This document shows, in pieces, positions 10,291 to 20,342 of a stretch of 64,000 bases of DNA. Source of the stretch: Nitrospirota bacterium (GTDB lineage Bacteria > Nitrospirota > UBA9217); NCBI GenBank assembly GCA_035623825.1, contig DASPSR010000020.1, forward strand, positions 1 to 64,000, in the 5' to 3' direction. The stretch's first letter is position 1. Each line of letters starts with the position of its first letter. The notes under the pieces are model-generated. The model was given only the letters and a program-made list of their open reading frames with translations, was not told the origin of the DNA and made no database searches. The position numbers were made by a program, and so were the translations under genes.

Positions 10291-10318
10291 TTGACAAAAA
10301 AATCTGGTATGATATTCT
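10291..10318 (+). promoter_or_regulatory. Sigma-70 promoter of the cytochrome c gene
   Basis: TTGACA-16 bp-TATTCT with extended TG. Confidence 0.5.
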
Positions 10319-10361
10319 TCTCGTTATTATTTTTTGATTCTTCAATCGGGAGGAATATGGC

Positions 10362-10709
10362 ATGAAAAATTTCACGATTGTGATACTCGCGGTACTTGCA
10401 ATGGCAGTGGGTGTTGGCCTGGCATTTGCCATGCAGAATGAAGCATCGGCGGAGAAGGGCAAAGCCCTGTTCAACGACCCCAAACTCGGCACAACGGGAA
10501 AATCTTGCAACGACTGTCATACGGACGGCAAAGGACTGGATAATGCAGGGGCAAAAAATGATCTTGAAAGGATCATAAATAGCTGCATTACTCATTCAAT
10601 CAAAGGGAAAACCCTGGATCCAAAATCAGTGGAAATGCAATCGATGGTACTTTATATTAAGGGTTTCGGGCAGAAGCCAGCTGCAAAAAAACCAGCTGTC
10701 GGTTGTTAA
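10362..10709 (+). CDS. Exported monoheme c-type cytochrome
   Basis: Signal peptide ending AFA, single CNDCH motif, SD GGGAGGA. Confidence 0.9.
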   Translation: MKNFTIVILAVLAMAVGVGLAFAMQNEASAEKGKALFNDPKLGTTGKSCNDCHTDGKGLDNAGAKNDLERIINSCITHSIKGKTLDPKSVEMQSMVLYIKGFGQKPAAKKPAVGC

Positions 10710-10730
10710 CATAATTCTTCGAGGAAGAAC

Positions 10731-10765
10731 GCAAGGCTCTCTATCGTGCAATAGTGAGCCTTTGC
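10731..10765. terminator. Probable terminator hairpin between the convergent cytochrome c and bioD genes
   Basis: Imperfect inverted repeat GCAAGGCTCTCTAT-cgtgca-ATAGTGAGCCTTTGC. Confidence 0.6.
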
Positions 10766-10827
10766 TGTTTGGTCCGTTGATAAACAGAACTTAAGAATAA
10801 AGTTTTTGTCGCAAGCAGAAGGCAACC

Positions 10828-11493
10828 TTATGGCAGGTGTTTGACAATACTCCCGAACTGACTTGATTGGTATCGAACGATTCCTAGCACGGGGATTCCG
10901 GAAATTTCTTCTATTACTCGAGGGCTCGTCTTTTCCGCAAGGCCAGGCCTGCGGTTGTAATTATAGTTGATCACCAATCCTGCGATCTTAAAGTCTCTCT
11001 CCCTGAGGGCTGAGATCGTGAGGAGCGAATGGTTGATGGTGCCGAGTCCCGGCCGAGCAACGACCACAACAGGAAGACCAAACGCCTCGGCCATATCAAG
11101 ATATAGATAGTTTCGCGACAGAGGGACCATAATCCCCCCTGCCCCCTCCACGATCATGAATTCATGTCTCCGGATGAGTGTGCGGTAGGCGTTCATGATC
11201 CTGTCTATTCGAATCTTCCTCCCTTCGAGTTCCGCCGCCACTGATGGCGCGAGGGGCTTTCGAAACCGATAAGGGTTTATCAACTGAAGTGAATCTCGGG
11301 CACCGGCCGCCTTGGCAAGACGGACAGCGTCTGCCGGTATGAGCACGCCGGACCTTGTGCGGCACCCTGTCTCAGCTGGTTTCATTACGCCAACGTTCAC
11401 TCCCTGCGACCTAAGCGCTGCTGCGAGCCCCGCGGCCACATAGGTTTTGCCTACACCTGTATCAGTTCCGGTAACAAATATGCCCCTATTCAT
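10828..11493 (-). CDS. bioD: Dethiobiotin synthetase
   Basis: FVTGTDTGVGKT, VEGAGG, LGTINH motifs; SD GAGGTG before ATG 11493. Confidence 0.95.
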   Translation of the reverse strand: MNRGIFVTGTDTGVGKTYVAAGLAAALRSQGVNVGVMKPAETGCRTRSGVLIPADAVRLAKAAGARDSLQLINPYRFRKPLAPSVAAELEGRKIRIDRIMNAYRTLIRRHEFMIVEGAGGIMVPLSRNYLYLDMAEAFGLPVVVVARPGLGTINHSLLTISALRERDFKIAGLVINYNYNRRPGLAEKTSPRVIEEISGIPVLGIVRYQSSQFGSIVKHLP

Positions 11494-11559
11494 GCTCACC
11501 TCATTGCTCAAGGGACTTCGCTTTTAAAAAACTATTCTGAAGTTAGGATTAAAAGCCAC

Positions 11560-12303
11560 TTACAGGATCCTGCTGTCCAGATTAAAGACCTGCCCCGACA
11601 CGTTGTTCATCAGGGACAGGCGATAAATGAAATCCGCGACCTCTGTGGGGTCCGCGACTCTGCCTAGGACATTCTCTTTAAGTATGCGCTGATGGATACG
11701 GTCCGACACCTGTTCTCCCATATGGCTGCGGATATATCCGGGAAGCACGGCATTTACCTTGATATTGGAACGGCCGAGTTCCCTTGCACATGCTTTGGTC
11801 AAGCCGATGAGACCGGCCTTTGATGCAGAATAATTCGCCTGTCCCTCGCGCCCCTGCACCCCGGAGATGGAAGCGATATTGATGATATGGCCATTATAAT
11901 TCTTTGACATAGTCATTGATGCTGCCCGGGTGCACAGGAACGGACCCCTGAGGTTAGTATCCATCACGGCGTCCCAGTCCTGTTCCTTCAGGCTGAGGAG
12001 CAGACCGTCCTTCGTGATGCTGGCATTATTCACCAGAACGTCGACCGCACCAAAAAGATCTAATGTACTCTTTATCATGGCTTCAACTTCAGCGGCGACC
12101 CTCACATCGGCTTGAAACGGAACAGCCTCGCCGCCAAGACATACTATTTCCTCGACCACTGCTTGCGCATTTGACGCATGCGTTATGTAGTTTACGACAA
12201 TCCTATCACCCCCGCTACCGAACCTGACAGCGATCTCCCTGCCAAGGCCACGCGACGCTCCGGTAACAATGACAACCCGCTTCTTAGAAGTTGTTTTAGG
12301 CAT
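11560..12303 (-). CDS. FabG-like short-chain dehydrogenase/reductase within the bio operon
   Basis: TGASRGLG, NNAS, YSASK motifs. Confidence 0.85.
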   Translation of the reverse strand: MPKTTSKKRVVIVTGASRGLGREIAVRFGSGGDRIVVNYITHASNAQAVVEEIVCLGGEAVPFQADVRVAAEVEAMIKSTLDLFGAVDVLVNNASITKDGLLLSLKEQDWDAVMDTNLRGPFLCTRAASMTMSKNYNGHIINIASISGVQGREGQANYSASKAGLIGLTKACARELGRSNIKVNAVLPGYIRSHMGEQVSDRIHQRILKENVLGRVADPTEVADFIYRLSLMNNVSGQVFNLDSRIL

Positions 12304-12306
12304 CAG

Positions 12307-13464
12307 TTAGAGGTACCCTTCCTGTTTCAACCTGCCGAAAAGCGCTACTGCTGTGTCAATATCATCGGATGAGTGCGCAGCCGTCACCGTGACCCTGATC
12401 CGGGCAGCGCCCTCCGGGACGCTCGGAGGCCTGACCGCAGCAGCATATAGTCCATACTCAAATAGCATGTCCGCGGCTTTCATTGCCTTTTCCGATTCAC
12501 CAAGCATGACAGGGATAATCGGAGTTTCCGAATCACCCGTGTCGAGACCGAGGGCAGCAAGGCCACGTACGAAGCGGTCACGGTTATTCCAGAGTGTTTT
12601 CCTCAGTTCAGGGTTCCGATCCATAATATCGAAGGCGGCAAGAGAGGCCGCGCAGACAGAAGGAGGTAATGCGGTACTGTAAATAAAACTGCGTGCGGTA
12701 TTCATGAGATATTGAGCAAAATCCCTGCTTCCCGCGGCATAGGCGCCGAATGACCCGTGTGCTTTCCCAAGCGTGCCCATCTGGATGTGAACACGTCCGG
12801 AGAGTCCGAAGTGCTCTGACGTACCCCTGCCCGTTTTCCCGATCACGCCCGTGGCATGGGCATCATCCACCATGATGATCGCACCGTATTTTTCTGCAAG
12901 CATGACCAGATCAGCAAGAGGAGCGATATCACCGTCCATACTGAAGACACCGTCCGTTACGATCAGCGTACGTTTTGCGTTCTTGTTCTTCTTGAGACCA
13001 CTTTCTACTCGGTCGACATCTTTGTGAGGATAGAGAACTACTTTCGCCTTGCTCAGGCGGCATCCGTCGATGATGCTCGCGTGGTTCAGGCTGTCGCTTA
13101 GAATCACATGGCCCTCTCCCGCGATGGCTGGGATGATTCCAGTATTTGCAGCGTATCCAGAATTAAAGAGCAATGCTGATTCGGTCCCTTTGAATGCAGC
13201 AATCCGGCTCTCCAATTCCATATGCAGGGCGCTCGTGCCGGATATAAGTCGGGATGCCCCGGAGCCGAAACCGTAATGTTCCATGGCCTTTGCTGCAGCC
13301 TCTCTGAGCGCCGGATGTCCGCTGAGACCAAGGTAGTCATTCGAGCACATGAGAAGCATACTCCTGCCACTTATCGTGACCCGCGGTCCGTCATAAGACT
13401 CCACAACAATTTGTCGTCTCAGGAGATGTCTTTTTTCAAGATCTGAAAGTTCTTGTTTAAACAT
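12307..13464 (-). CDS. bioF: 8-amino-7-oxononanoate synthase; alternative start 13491
   Basis: SNDYLGL, GSGASRL, NHASIIDG, FSMDGD, DDAH, GTLGKA motifs. Confidence 0.95.
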   Translation of the reverse strand: MFKQELSDLEKRHLLRRQIVVESYDGPRVTISGRSMLLMCSNDYLGLSGHPALREAAAKAMEHYGFGSGASRLISGTSALHMELESRIAAFKGTESALLFNSGYAANTGIIPAIAGEGHVILSDSLNHASIIDGCRLSKAKVVLYPHKDVDRVESGLKKNKNAKRTLIVTDGVFSMDGDIAPLADLVMLAEKYGAIIMVDDAHATGVIGKTGRGTSEHFGLSGRVHIQMGTLGKAHGSFGAYAAGSRDFAQYLMNTARSFIYSTALPPSVCAASLAAFDIMDRNPELRKTLWNNRDRFVRGLAALGLDTGDSETPIIPVMLGESEKAMKAADMLFEYGLYAAAVRPPSVPEGAARIRVTVTAAHSSDDIDTAVALFGRLKQEGYL

Positions 13465-13557
13465 TTCTTGAATAATCCTATGTGTACTCACTATCTCTTA
13501 AACTATTAGTTATAAACGCTATATTTGCAATATATTAAAAGGCAATTTCTATACTTG

Positions 13558-14400
13558 TTATGTCCTTAGCTTCTTTGCGGTAGATTTCCTTCGACTGAAA
13601 TATGCCTCCGGCTCTATTGCTGCCCTGCACAGTCCGACATCAGTTATCATCACGGCCTCCTGCTGAAGATATTCGAGGAGTATATCCATATCCAGCACTT
13701 CTCTGTTCACAAAGAACGCCCGACCGCCCTTGGCATCCCCTACTTGCTTCAAGCACGGGAATCGTACATATCCTGTGCGGAGAGATGCCATATATCCTGC
13801 CGTATAATCCGGATCATCTGACCAGCAGAGTTCCGCCACCATCCCCGGCGCATGGGCAGCCTTGGTTGCGAGCGCTAATGCCTCGCGCGTGCGGGAATGC
13901 GTAAGGCCCAAGGCCGAAAGCCTTTGAAATATTTCATCGCCTGCATTATCGCTCCAATCGAACCTCGATGCCCTGACACCGCGATACCGGTCCGGCTCCA
14001 ACCTTGCTCCGTTTTTCGCATCCATGATCATGGCTCCGCGCATATTTCCGCCGGACGGTGCTGCACCATTGCTGACATGGTCGATAGCTGCTTCTATAGC
14101 CGTCGACGAGACTCCCGCAAGCTGAAGCAAACGAGAGGCTGCGGACCTTGCCGTATGCATATCAGGGGCAGCGATAGTTATCACGTCCAGAGCAGTAAGG
14201 CGGCGAATTGTCGATGTCACGAGGGGTTCTACATTGACGACGACCTGATCTCGCGTACAGCCTTTCCTGATGGCCCGATCCACAAGTTCGCCCACCGTCC
14301 CCTCGATCTTTTCCCGGGAGACGATCCGCTCGGCACCTGAAACATGCCTTTCTCCGATAGCCGCATGCATGCGAATACTGTAAAAAAAGATATTTTCCAT
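13558..14400 (-). CDS. bioW: 6-carboxyhexanoate (pimelate)-CoA ligase
   Basis: YSIRMHA, HVSGAERIV, NMRGA, EALALATK, ELCWSDDPDYTAGY motifs. Confidence 0.92.
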   Translation of the reverse strand: MENIFFYSIRMHAAIGERHVSGAERIVSREKIEGTVGELVDRAIRKGCTRDQVVVNVEPLVTSTIRRLTALDVITIAAPDMHTARSAASRLLQLAGVSSTAIEAAIDHVSNGAAPSGGNMRGAMIMDAKNGARLEPDRYRGVRASRFDWSDNAGDEIFQRLSALGLTHSRTREALALATKAAHAPGMVAELCWSDDPDYTAGYMASLRTGYVRFPCLKQVGDAKGGRAFFVNREVLDMDILLEYLQQEAVMITDVGLCRAAIEPEAYFSRRKSTAKKLRT

Positions 14401-14424
14401 GGGATCATTGTACAAACATTGAGG

Positions 14425-15408
14425 TCAGATTTTGAGTCCTAGATCATGGATCATTTTGAGATCATCTTCCGGGTTCAGTCCTGACTTTGTAAGGTAGTTG
14501 CCGATCATGAAACCGTCGGCCCCTGCCATGAATATGAGCGGATGGAGCTGACGGAGGGCCGTTCCTCTTCCTGCGCAGACGCGAATCTCTTTTTCCGGAA
14601 GGATGAAGCGGAACATCGCTATGGCATGAAGCGCCTCGAGCGGGGAGATGGCATGGACGTTCTCGAGAGGTGTGCCCTTAACCGGCATGAGAAAATTTAT
14701 CGGCACCGAGTCCACCTCCAGATCCCGGAGCGTGAAAGCCATGCGGAGCCGGTCGTCCATGCTCTCGTCCATGCCCAGAATGCCCCCGCTACACGCGGAA
14801 AGACCCAGGGAGCGCGCTTGCCTGAGGACCTCGATCCTTTCATCAAAGGAATGGGTGGTACAGATTCGTGGGAAGTTCTCTCTCGACGTCTCGATATTAT
14901 GATGATACCGGTTTAGTCCGGCTTCTTTCAGGTGGGATAGCTGCTCTCGCGTGAGAGTGCCGAGCGTTGCGCACGGAGAAAGCCCGATCTCCTTTACCCG
15001 CCTGATGCCTTCAGCGATTGTGTCCAGATCAACTTGATCGCTTATGCCGCGTCCGCTCGTGACGATGCAGAACCGCTTGGCGCAGTTCTTTTTTGCGCTT
15101 ATGGCAGCCTCGGCCATCTGGTCGACGGAGATGAGCGGGTAAACCGGGACATTCGTTGCATGATGCACCGACTGGGCGCAGTAGGAGCAGTCTTCGCTGC
15201 ATGCTCCTGATTTCGCGTTCACGATGGAACAGACGTCCACCATGCTGCCTCGAAAATGCTCGCGCACCCTGCCTGCCGCTGCCAAGAGGTCCCACAGGTC
15301 GGCACCTTCGGCACGGGCTAGTTCTGATGCTGTCTCAAAATCGATAGCCATGCCTCTTAGAACGCTTTCAAGAACTTGGGTGATTCTTTGTTTCGACGGC
15401 GTTTTCAT
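14425..15408 (-). CDS. bioB: Biotin synthase
   Basis: NAKSGACSEDCSYCAQS, HNIETS, CSGGILG, VPINFL, GNYLT motifs. Confidence 0.96.
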   Translation of the reverse strand: MKTPSKQRITQVLESVLRGMAIDFETASELARAEGADLWDLLAAAGRVREHFRGSMVDVCSIVNAKSGACSEDCSYCAQSVHHATNVPVYPLISVDQMAEAAISAKKNCAKRFCIVTSGRGISDQVDLDTIAEGIRRVKEIGLSPCATLGTLTREQLSHLKEAGLNRYHHNIETSRENFPRICTTHSFDERIEVLRQARSLGLSACSGGILGMDESMDDRLRMAFTLRDLEVDSVPINFLMPVKGTPLENVHAISPLEALHAIAMFRFILPEKEIRVCAGRGTALRQLHPLIFMAGADGFMIGNYLTKSGLNPEDDLKMIHDLGLKI

Positions 15409-15437
15409 ACAGTCTTTTTTACCCGATGCAAGATCAG

Positions 15438-15470
15438 TTGTCAACTTCTTAATATAATTAAGGTTAACAA
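15438..15470. promoter_or_regulatory. BirA operator
   Basis: TTGTCAAC-N17-GTTAACAA inverted repeat 30 bp upstream of bioB, matching the BirA TTGTnAAC...GTTnACAA pattern. Confidence 0.8.
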
Positions 15471-15479
15471 TTAAACCAC

Positions 15480-15522
15480 ATTGGAACCCATCTGATGAAT
15501 CGATGAATTAGACGGTTCCAAT
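15480..15522. terminator. Hairpin downstream of the phosphomannomutase gene, possible terminator
   Basis: Inverted repeat ATTGGAACC...GGTTCCAAT with further inner pairing; no clear U tail. Confidence 0.35.
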
Positions 15523-15566
15523 TTCTGGAATACATAGAATCTGGATTTACTGCGGAGTGATAACTT

Positions 15567-17012
15567 TCAGGAGTATTTCAAGTCGGATAGGATCGAATTC
15601 ACCCTCCCTTCCATCATCTCTTTGATGGATGCAAGGGCTGCAGGATCATTTGCCTCAAAGCGCATCACGAGAACCGGCTGTGTGTTTGAGGCGCGAACGA
15701 GCCCCCAGCCGTTCTCGAACACGGCACGAACGCCATCAACGGTGATGACCTCCCTGGGTTTCTGAGGCAGGCCGTCAGCTCGCATGAAGACGTCCTTTGC
15801 TTTTTCCACGACCTTGAACTTCAGATGATCGGGGCAGTCGAACCGGATCTCGGGAGTGTTGTAGGTTTTAGGAAGGTCAGAGATAAGCGTGCTCGCTGAT
15901 ATTGCGCGATCGCCTCGAGACCTGATCTTTTTGAGGATCTCCACAAAGCGGCACGCGGCATAAATCGCGTCGTCATATCCGTAGTAACGGTCGGCGAAGA
16001 AAAGATGTCCGCTCATTTCTCCAGCAAGCGCGGCATGGACCTCTTTCATCTTTGCCTTGATCAGTGAATGGCCCGTTTTCCACATGATAGCGTGTCCGCC
16101 GTGGCTTCGGATGTCGTCATACATGGTCTGGGAGCATTTGACTTCCGACACAAAGGTCGCTCCCGGCTTTTCTGCCAGGATATCCCGTGAAAAAATGACC
16201 ATCAGCTGGTCGCCCCAGAGGATATTTCCCTGTTCATCAATGACCCCTATCCTGTCTGAGTCGCCGTCGAAGGCAATGCCGATGTCAGCCTTTTGGGTAC
16301 GGACCGTGTCGATCAGCGTGTTCAGGTTCTTCGGGATGGTCGGGTCGGGATGATGGTTGGGAAACCTTCCGTCGGGCTCCGAAAAGAGCTCGATGACGTC
16401 GCAGCCCATGGCCCGTATGATATCGGGTGCGGCGAGGCCTGCGGTTCCGTTGCCCGCGTCTAATACGACCTTGAGAGGAACCTCATGGTAATGTGCAAAC
16501 TGTTTTTTGAGATATTCACGATAGTCCGAAAGAACAGGATAGCGGGAAACGGTTCTCGGCTCACGGCTTATAGTTTTTGAATTATTTCCCTCTGCACCTT
16601 GCGCTACGCCCTCTGCTTTCTCCGTGATCCGCCTGATCTTCTGTATCTCTTCACCAAAAATCGTATCCTTGCCCACACAAAGCTTGAACCCGTTGAACTC
16701 CGCAGGGTTATGACTTCCGGTGATCATCACCCCTGCCCCTGGATTGAGATGAAAAAGTGAGAAATAAAGCACAGGCGTGGGACAGAGGCCGATAACCGTA
16801 ACGTTCATCCCGCCACAGACAAGTCCCCGTACGATATCGTCGCATAGCCGTAATGAACTCACACGGGCATCATAGCCTATGGTCACAGTAGTGACCCCCT
16901 TCGGTTTGATGTATGAGGCAAATGCCCTTCCCAAAGCCTGGACCACCGGCGGTGTGAGGTCTTGGTCTGCGACGCCGCGAATATCGTATTCCCTGAATAT
17001 TTCAGTATTCAT
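15567..17012 (-). CDS. manB: Phosphomannomutase/phosphoglucomutase (AlgC/ManB type)
   Basis: FREYDIRG, TGSHNP, DGDSDR, GEMSGH, RASNTQP motifs. Confidence 0.93.
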   Translation of the reverse strand: MNTEIFREYDIRGVADQDLTPPVVQALGRAFASYIKPKGVTTVTIGYDARVSSLRLCDDIVRGLVCGGMNVTVIGLCPTPVLYFSLFHLNPGAGVMITGSHNPAEFNGFKLCVGKDTIFGEEIQKIRRITEKAEGVAQGAEGNNSKTISREPRTVSRYPVLSDYREYLKKQFAHYHEVPLKVVLDAGNGTAGLAAPDIIRAMGCDVIELFSEPDGRFPNHHPDPTIPKNLNTLIDTVRTQKADIGIAFDGDSDRIGVIDEQGNILWGDQLMVIFSRDILAEKPGATFVSEVKCSQTMYDDIRSHGGHAIMWKTGHSLIKAKMKEVHAALAGEMSGHLFFADRYYGYDDAIYAACRFVEILKKIRSRGDRAISASTLISDLPKTYNTPEIRFDCPDHLKFKVVEKAKDVFMRADGLPQKPREVITVDGVRAVFENGWGLVRASNTQPVLVMRFEANDPAALASIKEMMEGRVNSILSDLKYS

Positions 17013-17118
17013 AAATCAATTTATTATTCTAATTTTGCTTATATTTTAATATATTATACAATTAATATTAATTCTTAACTTTAACTATAGGTTTTATCTA
17101 TAGATCATTAATTGCGCA

Positions 17119-18618
17119 CTACCTTTTTATATCAGGCAACGGTTTTCTCTTGTTATTTTCATGCCGTTTGTAATCATCATCAAAACGGACAATATCATCC
17201 TCTTCAAGATATTCGCCGTTCTGAACCTCTATGATCTGGACGGGAATCTTCCCGGCATTTTCCAGGCGGTGTTTGGTAGACATAGGGATATACGTGCTCT
17301 CATTCGGGTGAACATCGTATATCTTGTCCCCGTTCGTTACCCGCGCTGTCCCTGAAACCACTACCCAGTGCTCGCTGCGGTGGTTATGCATCTGATGAGA
17401 GAGCTTTGCCCCTGGATTGATCACGATGCGCTTGATCTTGTATCGGTCTCCTATTTCAAGCACAGTATAGGAACCCCACGGCCGATAGACCGTTCGGTGA
17501 GTCAGGTGTTCCTCGGCCTTCCGTTTTTTGAGCTCATCAACGACCTTCTTAACGTCCTGGGCCCGCTCCTTGGTGCATACGAGCGTTGCATCAGGCGTAT
17601 CCACCACAACGGCATCTTTCAGGCCAATGGTGGCGACAAGCCGCTTCTCGGCGTAAATGATGGAGTCTTTGCTGCCGATGTCGATGACATTTCCGCTTAT
17701 GATGTTCCCGGCCTGATCCCTTTCAGAAACATCGTCAAGGGCGTTCCAGCTTCCCACGTCAGACCAGCCGATGTCCGCAGGCATAACTGCAGCACGGTCG
17801 GTCTTTTCCATGACTGCGTAGTCGATGGAAATGGGTTCGAGTTTTTTGAACACCTCTCTGATTACATCGGCTTCTTTCGGCGTCCCTATGCTGTTCCGAA
17901 TGTCCTGGAGGCCGCGATACAGCGAAGGCTGGTGTTTTTCTATTTCACTAAGGAGCGTTTTGGTCTTCCAGATGAACATTCCGCTGTTCCAGTAATATCT
18001 GCCGTCTTTCAGGTATCCTCTTGCCGTCACTAGATCCGGCTTTTCCACAAATGCTTCGACCCTGTGAACATCCCCGGCGACGCTCCGTCCTCCTCCCTCC
18101 GTTGTTTTTATCTTTTCCCCTGCTTTGATATACCCATATCCGGTCTCCGGACGGTCAGGCTTTATCCCGAATGTAACCAGGTAGTCCTGACGGGCGGCCT
18201 CAGCGGCCTTTTGAAGCAAGCTCAAAAACTCGTCCGTTTTTTTGATAGAATGGTCCGCGGCGAGAACGACCATGATGCTTTCGGGATCGATACGCTCCAG
18301 ATGAACCGCAGCAAGACCAATAGCAGGCGCGGTATTCTTCGCTTCCGGCTCAAGGATGAAGTTCCCGTCCCACTGACGCTCGTATTTTGATGAAAGCTGT
18401 TGGCCAATCGTGTCTGCGAGGGCTTGGTTCGTGACGATAAAGATATCCTCAAACCGTATTAGCGGTATAACCCTGCTTACCGTCTGAAGTATAAGCGTGT
18501 CCTCTCCACCAATCTTCAAGAGCTGTTTCGGCATCCTTTCGCGTGAAAGAGGCCAAAACCGTGTCCCCGATCCACCTGCCATGACGATTGCGTATATGTG
18601 TTGCACTATGTTATTCAC
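17119..18618 (-). CDS. manC: Mannose-1-phosphate guanylyltransferase/mannose-6-phosphate isomerase
   Basis: MAGGSGTRFWPLSR, WNSGMF, SIDYAVME, GWSDVGSW, cupin RPWG...HRSEHW motifs. Confidence 0.95.
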   Translation of the reverse strand: MNNIVQHIYAIVMAGGSGTRFWPLSRERMPKQLLKIGGEDTLILQTVSRVIPLIRFEDIFIVTNQALADTIGQQLSSKYERQWDGNFILEPEAKNTAPAIGLAAVHLERIDPESIMVVLAADHSIKKTDEFLSLLQKAAEAARQDYLVTFGIKPDRPETGYGYIKAGEKIKTTEGGGRSVAGDVHRVEAFVEKPDLVTARGYLKDGRYYWNSGMFIWKTKTLLSEIEKHQPSLYRGLQDIRNSIGTPKEADVIREVFKKLEPISIDYAVMEKTDRAAVMPADIGWSDVGSWNALDDVSERDQAGNIISGNVIDIGSKDSIIYAEKRLVATIGLKDAVVVDTPDATLVCTKERAQDVKKVVDELKKRKAEEHLTHRTVYRPWGSYTVLEIGDRYKIKRIVINPGAKLSHQMHNHRSEHWVVVSGTARVTNGDKIYDVHPNESTYIPMSTKHRLENAGKIPVQIIEVQNGEYLEEDDIVRFDDDYKRHENNKRKPLPDIKR

Positions 18619-18683
18619 CTTTTATCTCCCCGATAATCTCGAATCAAAGTATGTCCGCTTTCCCTCAAGTTCTTGTGTTTTTT

Positions 18684-18713
18684 ATCATAAGTGATTCCGG
18701 CAAATAAAGTCAA
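18684..18713 (-). promoter_or_regulatory. Sigma-70 promoter of manC
   Basis: TTGACT-18 bp-TATGAT. Confidence 0.55.
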
Positions 18714-18720
18714 GCCCGGA

Positions 18721-19608
18721 TCACTTCCCGTAGAGATCGATCTTCGCCAAGTAATCGCCAAGAATGAAATAAACAATCAGCTTTAGATAGAGGACAGGGT
18801 TGCACGGGATCTCCAGAAAAATCCGGAGGGGTACCCTCCTGCCTTGCTGAATCATGCCGATACGTGACTGGATAAGGAGATTGTTGTGCTGTTTCAAGGT
18901 AAGATCATCCCGGAGCTTGTCCAAGAGTGCCTCTGCTACGAGCGCCCGGTAGGTGCCGTGCCTGACACGGTCCGATGTCTTGTTGGATCCGTGCGAATGG
19001 ATCCTCGCGGACGTCACATCTCGAAACACCTTCATCTTTTCAAAGATCCGCGGGTTGTTGATCCAGAACGGCCAGTCCTCAAGGAACAGAAACCGGGGAT
19101 CAAAGAGCGAGTCAAGGCATTCTCTCCGGAACAGGAGGTTCGAAGGCTGAAAAGGATTACGGGAGGTGAAGGTATCGAGAAACACGCTAGGGGTGATAAG
19201 GACAGGCCGAAGCATCCCGCGGGGCCTGCCATCTTTGAAGAACCTTACCGTGAACGCGATAGCGGTGTATCCCGCCGCACTGTTCATAATCGGCACAGGA
19301 TCGAACTGCAGTTCATCATCAGCATCGAGAAATAAAACCCAACCCCTTGTGAACGTTTCGAGTCCCGCGTTACGCGCCGAGCCACTGCCTCCGTTCTGCT
19401 TCCGAATCAGAGTGTGGTGAATGTCATCAACGTTCCTGATAGCACGTTCGAACGCCGATGCACTCTCATCAGTGGATCCATCATCTATTCCGATGACCGT
19501 TACCGCGATCCGGTTCGAGCTTGAGATGAGCGACAGCGACCTTATCGTTCTCTCAATTGTGGCTGCGGCATTATAGAATGGAATTATGATGTAAAGACGG
19601 TTGTCCAT
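18721..19608 (-). CDS. Glycosyltransferase family 2
   Basis: IIPFYN, DDGSTD, ARNAG, FLDADD motifs. Confidence 0.9.
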   Translation of the reverse strand: MDNRLYIIIPFYNAAATIERTIRSLSLISSSNRIAVTVIGIDDGSTDESASAFERAIRNVDDIHHTLIRKQNGGSGSARNAGLETFTRGWVLFLDADDELQFDPVPIMNSAAGYTAIAFTVRFFKDGRPRGMLRPVLITPSVFLDTFTSRNPFQPSNLLFRRECLDSLFDPRFLFLEDWPFWINNPRIFEKMKVFRDVTSARIHSHGSNKTSDRVRHGTYRALVAEALLDKLRDDLTLKQHNNLLIQSRIGMIQQGRRVPLRIFLEIPCNPVLYLKLIVYFILGDYLAKIDLYGK

Positions 19609-20342
19609 CTCAGGGCTCTCTTCAGCAGGTTTACGAGCATCTTCATCGCATAAGTGAGGTAACTAAGCGGCAGAAACATGCCATTCTCTTTCTGGATACG
19701 GAGGACCTCCCGGTGACATTCGCGTGCCGATTGGGAGCTGATGCCTCCCGTAGAAAATAAAGCGATATCCTCATTTAGGTAGCGAAATTGTATCCCCGCT
19801 TTCATCGCCCGGACGTAAAAATCGTAGTCCATAGAATAGCGATAGTTTGTGTTATAGGGTTTTATCCTGTCGTAAACCGCTTTCGGGACAAATACCGTCG
19901 GGTGGTCGTATGGGCAATCGACATAGATCCAGAGCCGCTGTAGAGGCCTCGGACGGATGCGTACGGTCTTGTCTTCGCTCTGCCTCAACATGTTACCATA
20001 AAGCACGAAGTTCGTGCCATTTTCCTCATACAGTTTGCACACTTTTTCCAGCACCCCCGGGACATAGTGGTCGTCGGAATTGATCATGCCGATGATGTCC
20101 CCAGTGCTCATGGCAATCCCCTTGTTGAAGGCGTCCGATATTCCTGCGTCTTTTTCGCTTATGTATCGCGTGACATGCCCGGAAGCATGGTATTTCCTGA
20201 TGATGTCGACCGTACCATCGGTTGAGCCTCCGTCCACAATGAGGTATTCAAGACCGGGGCAGTTCTGGCTGATGACTGATTGAATTGTACTCTCCAGTGT
20301 CTTTACGCTGTTATAAGAGATCGTGATGATCGATAGCTTCAT
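19584..20342 (-). CDS. Glycosyltransferase family 2 (WcaE-like)
   Basis: SIITISYN, VDGGSTDGT, DAFNKG, NSDD motifs. Confidence 0.9.
   Translation of the reverse strand: MKLSIITISYNSVKTLESTIQSVISQNCPGLEYLIVDGGSTDGTVDIIRKYHASGHVTRYISEKDAGISDAFNKGIAMSTGDIIGMINSDDHYVPGVLEKVCKLYEENGTNFVLYGNMLRQSEDKTVRIRPRPLQRLWIYVDCPYDHPTVFVPKAVYDRIKPYNTNYRYSMDYDFYVRAMKAGIQFRYLNEDIALFSTGGISSQSARECHREVLRIQKENGMFLPLSYLTYAMKMLVNLLKRALRWTTVFTS

Noticed and set aside
17013-17118. Very AT-rich spacer with palindrome AATTAATATTAATT
   Set aside because: Low complexity makes such palindromes likely by chance.
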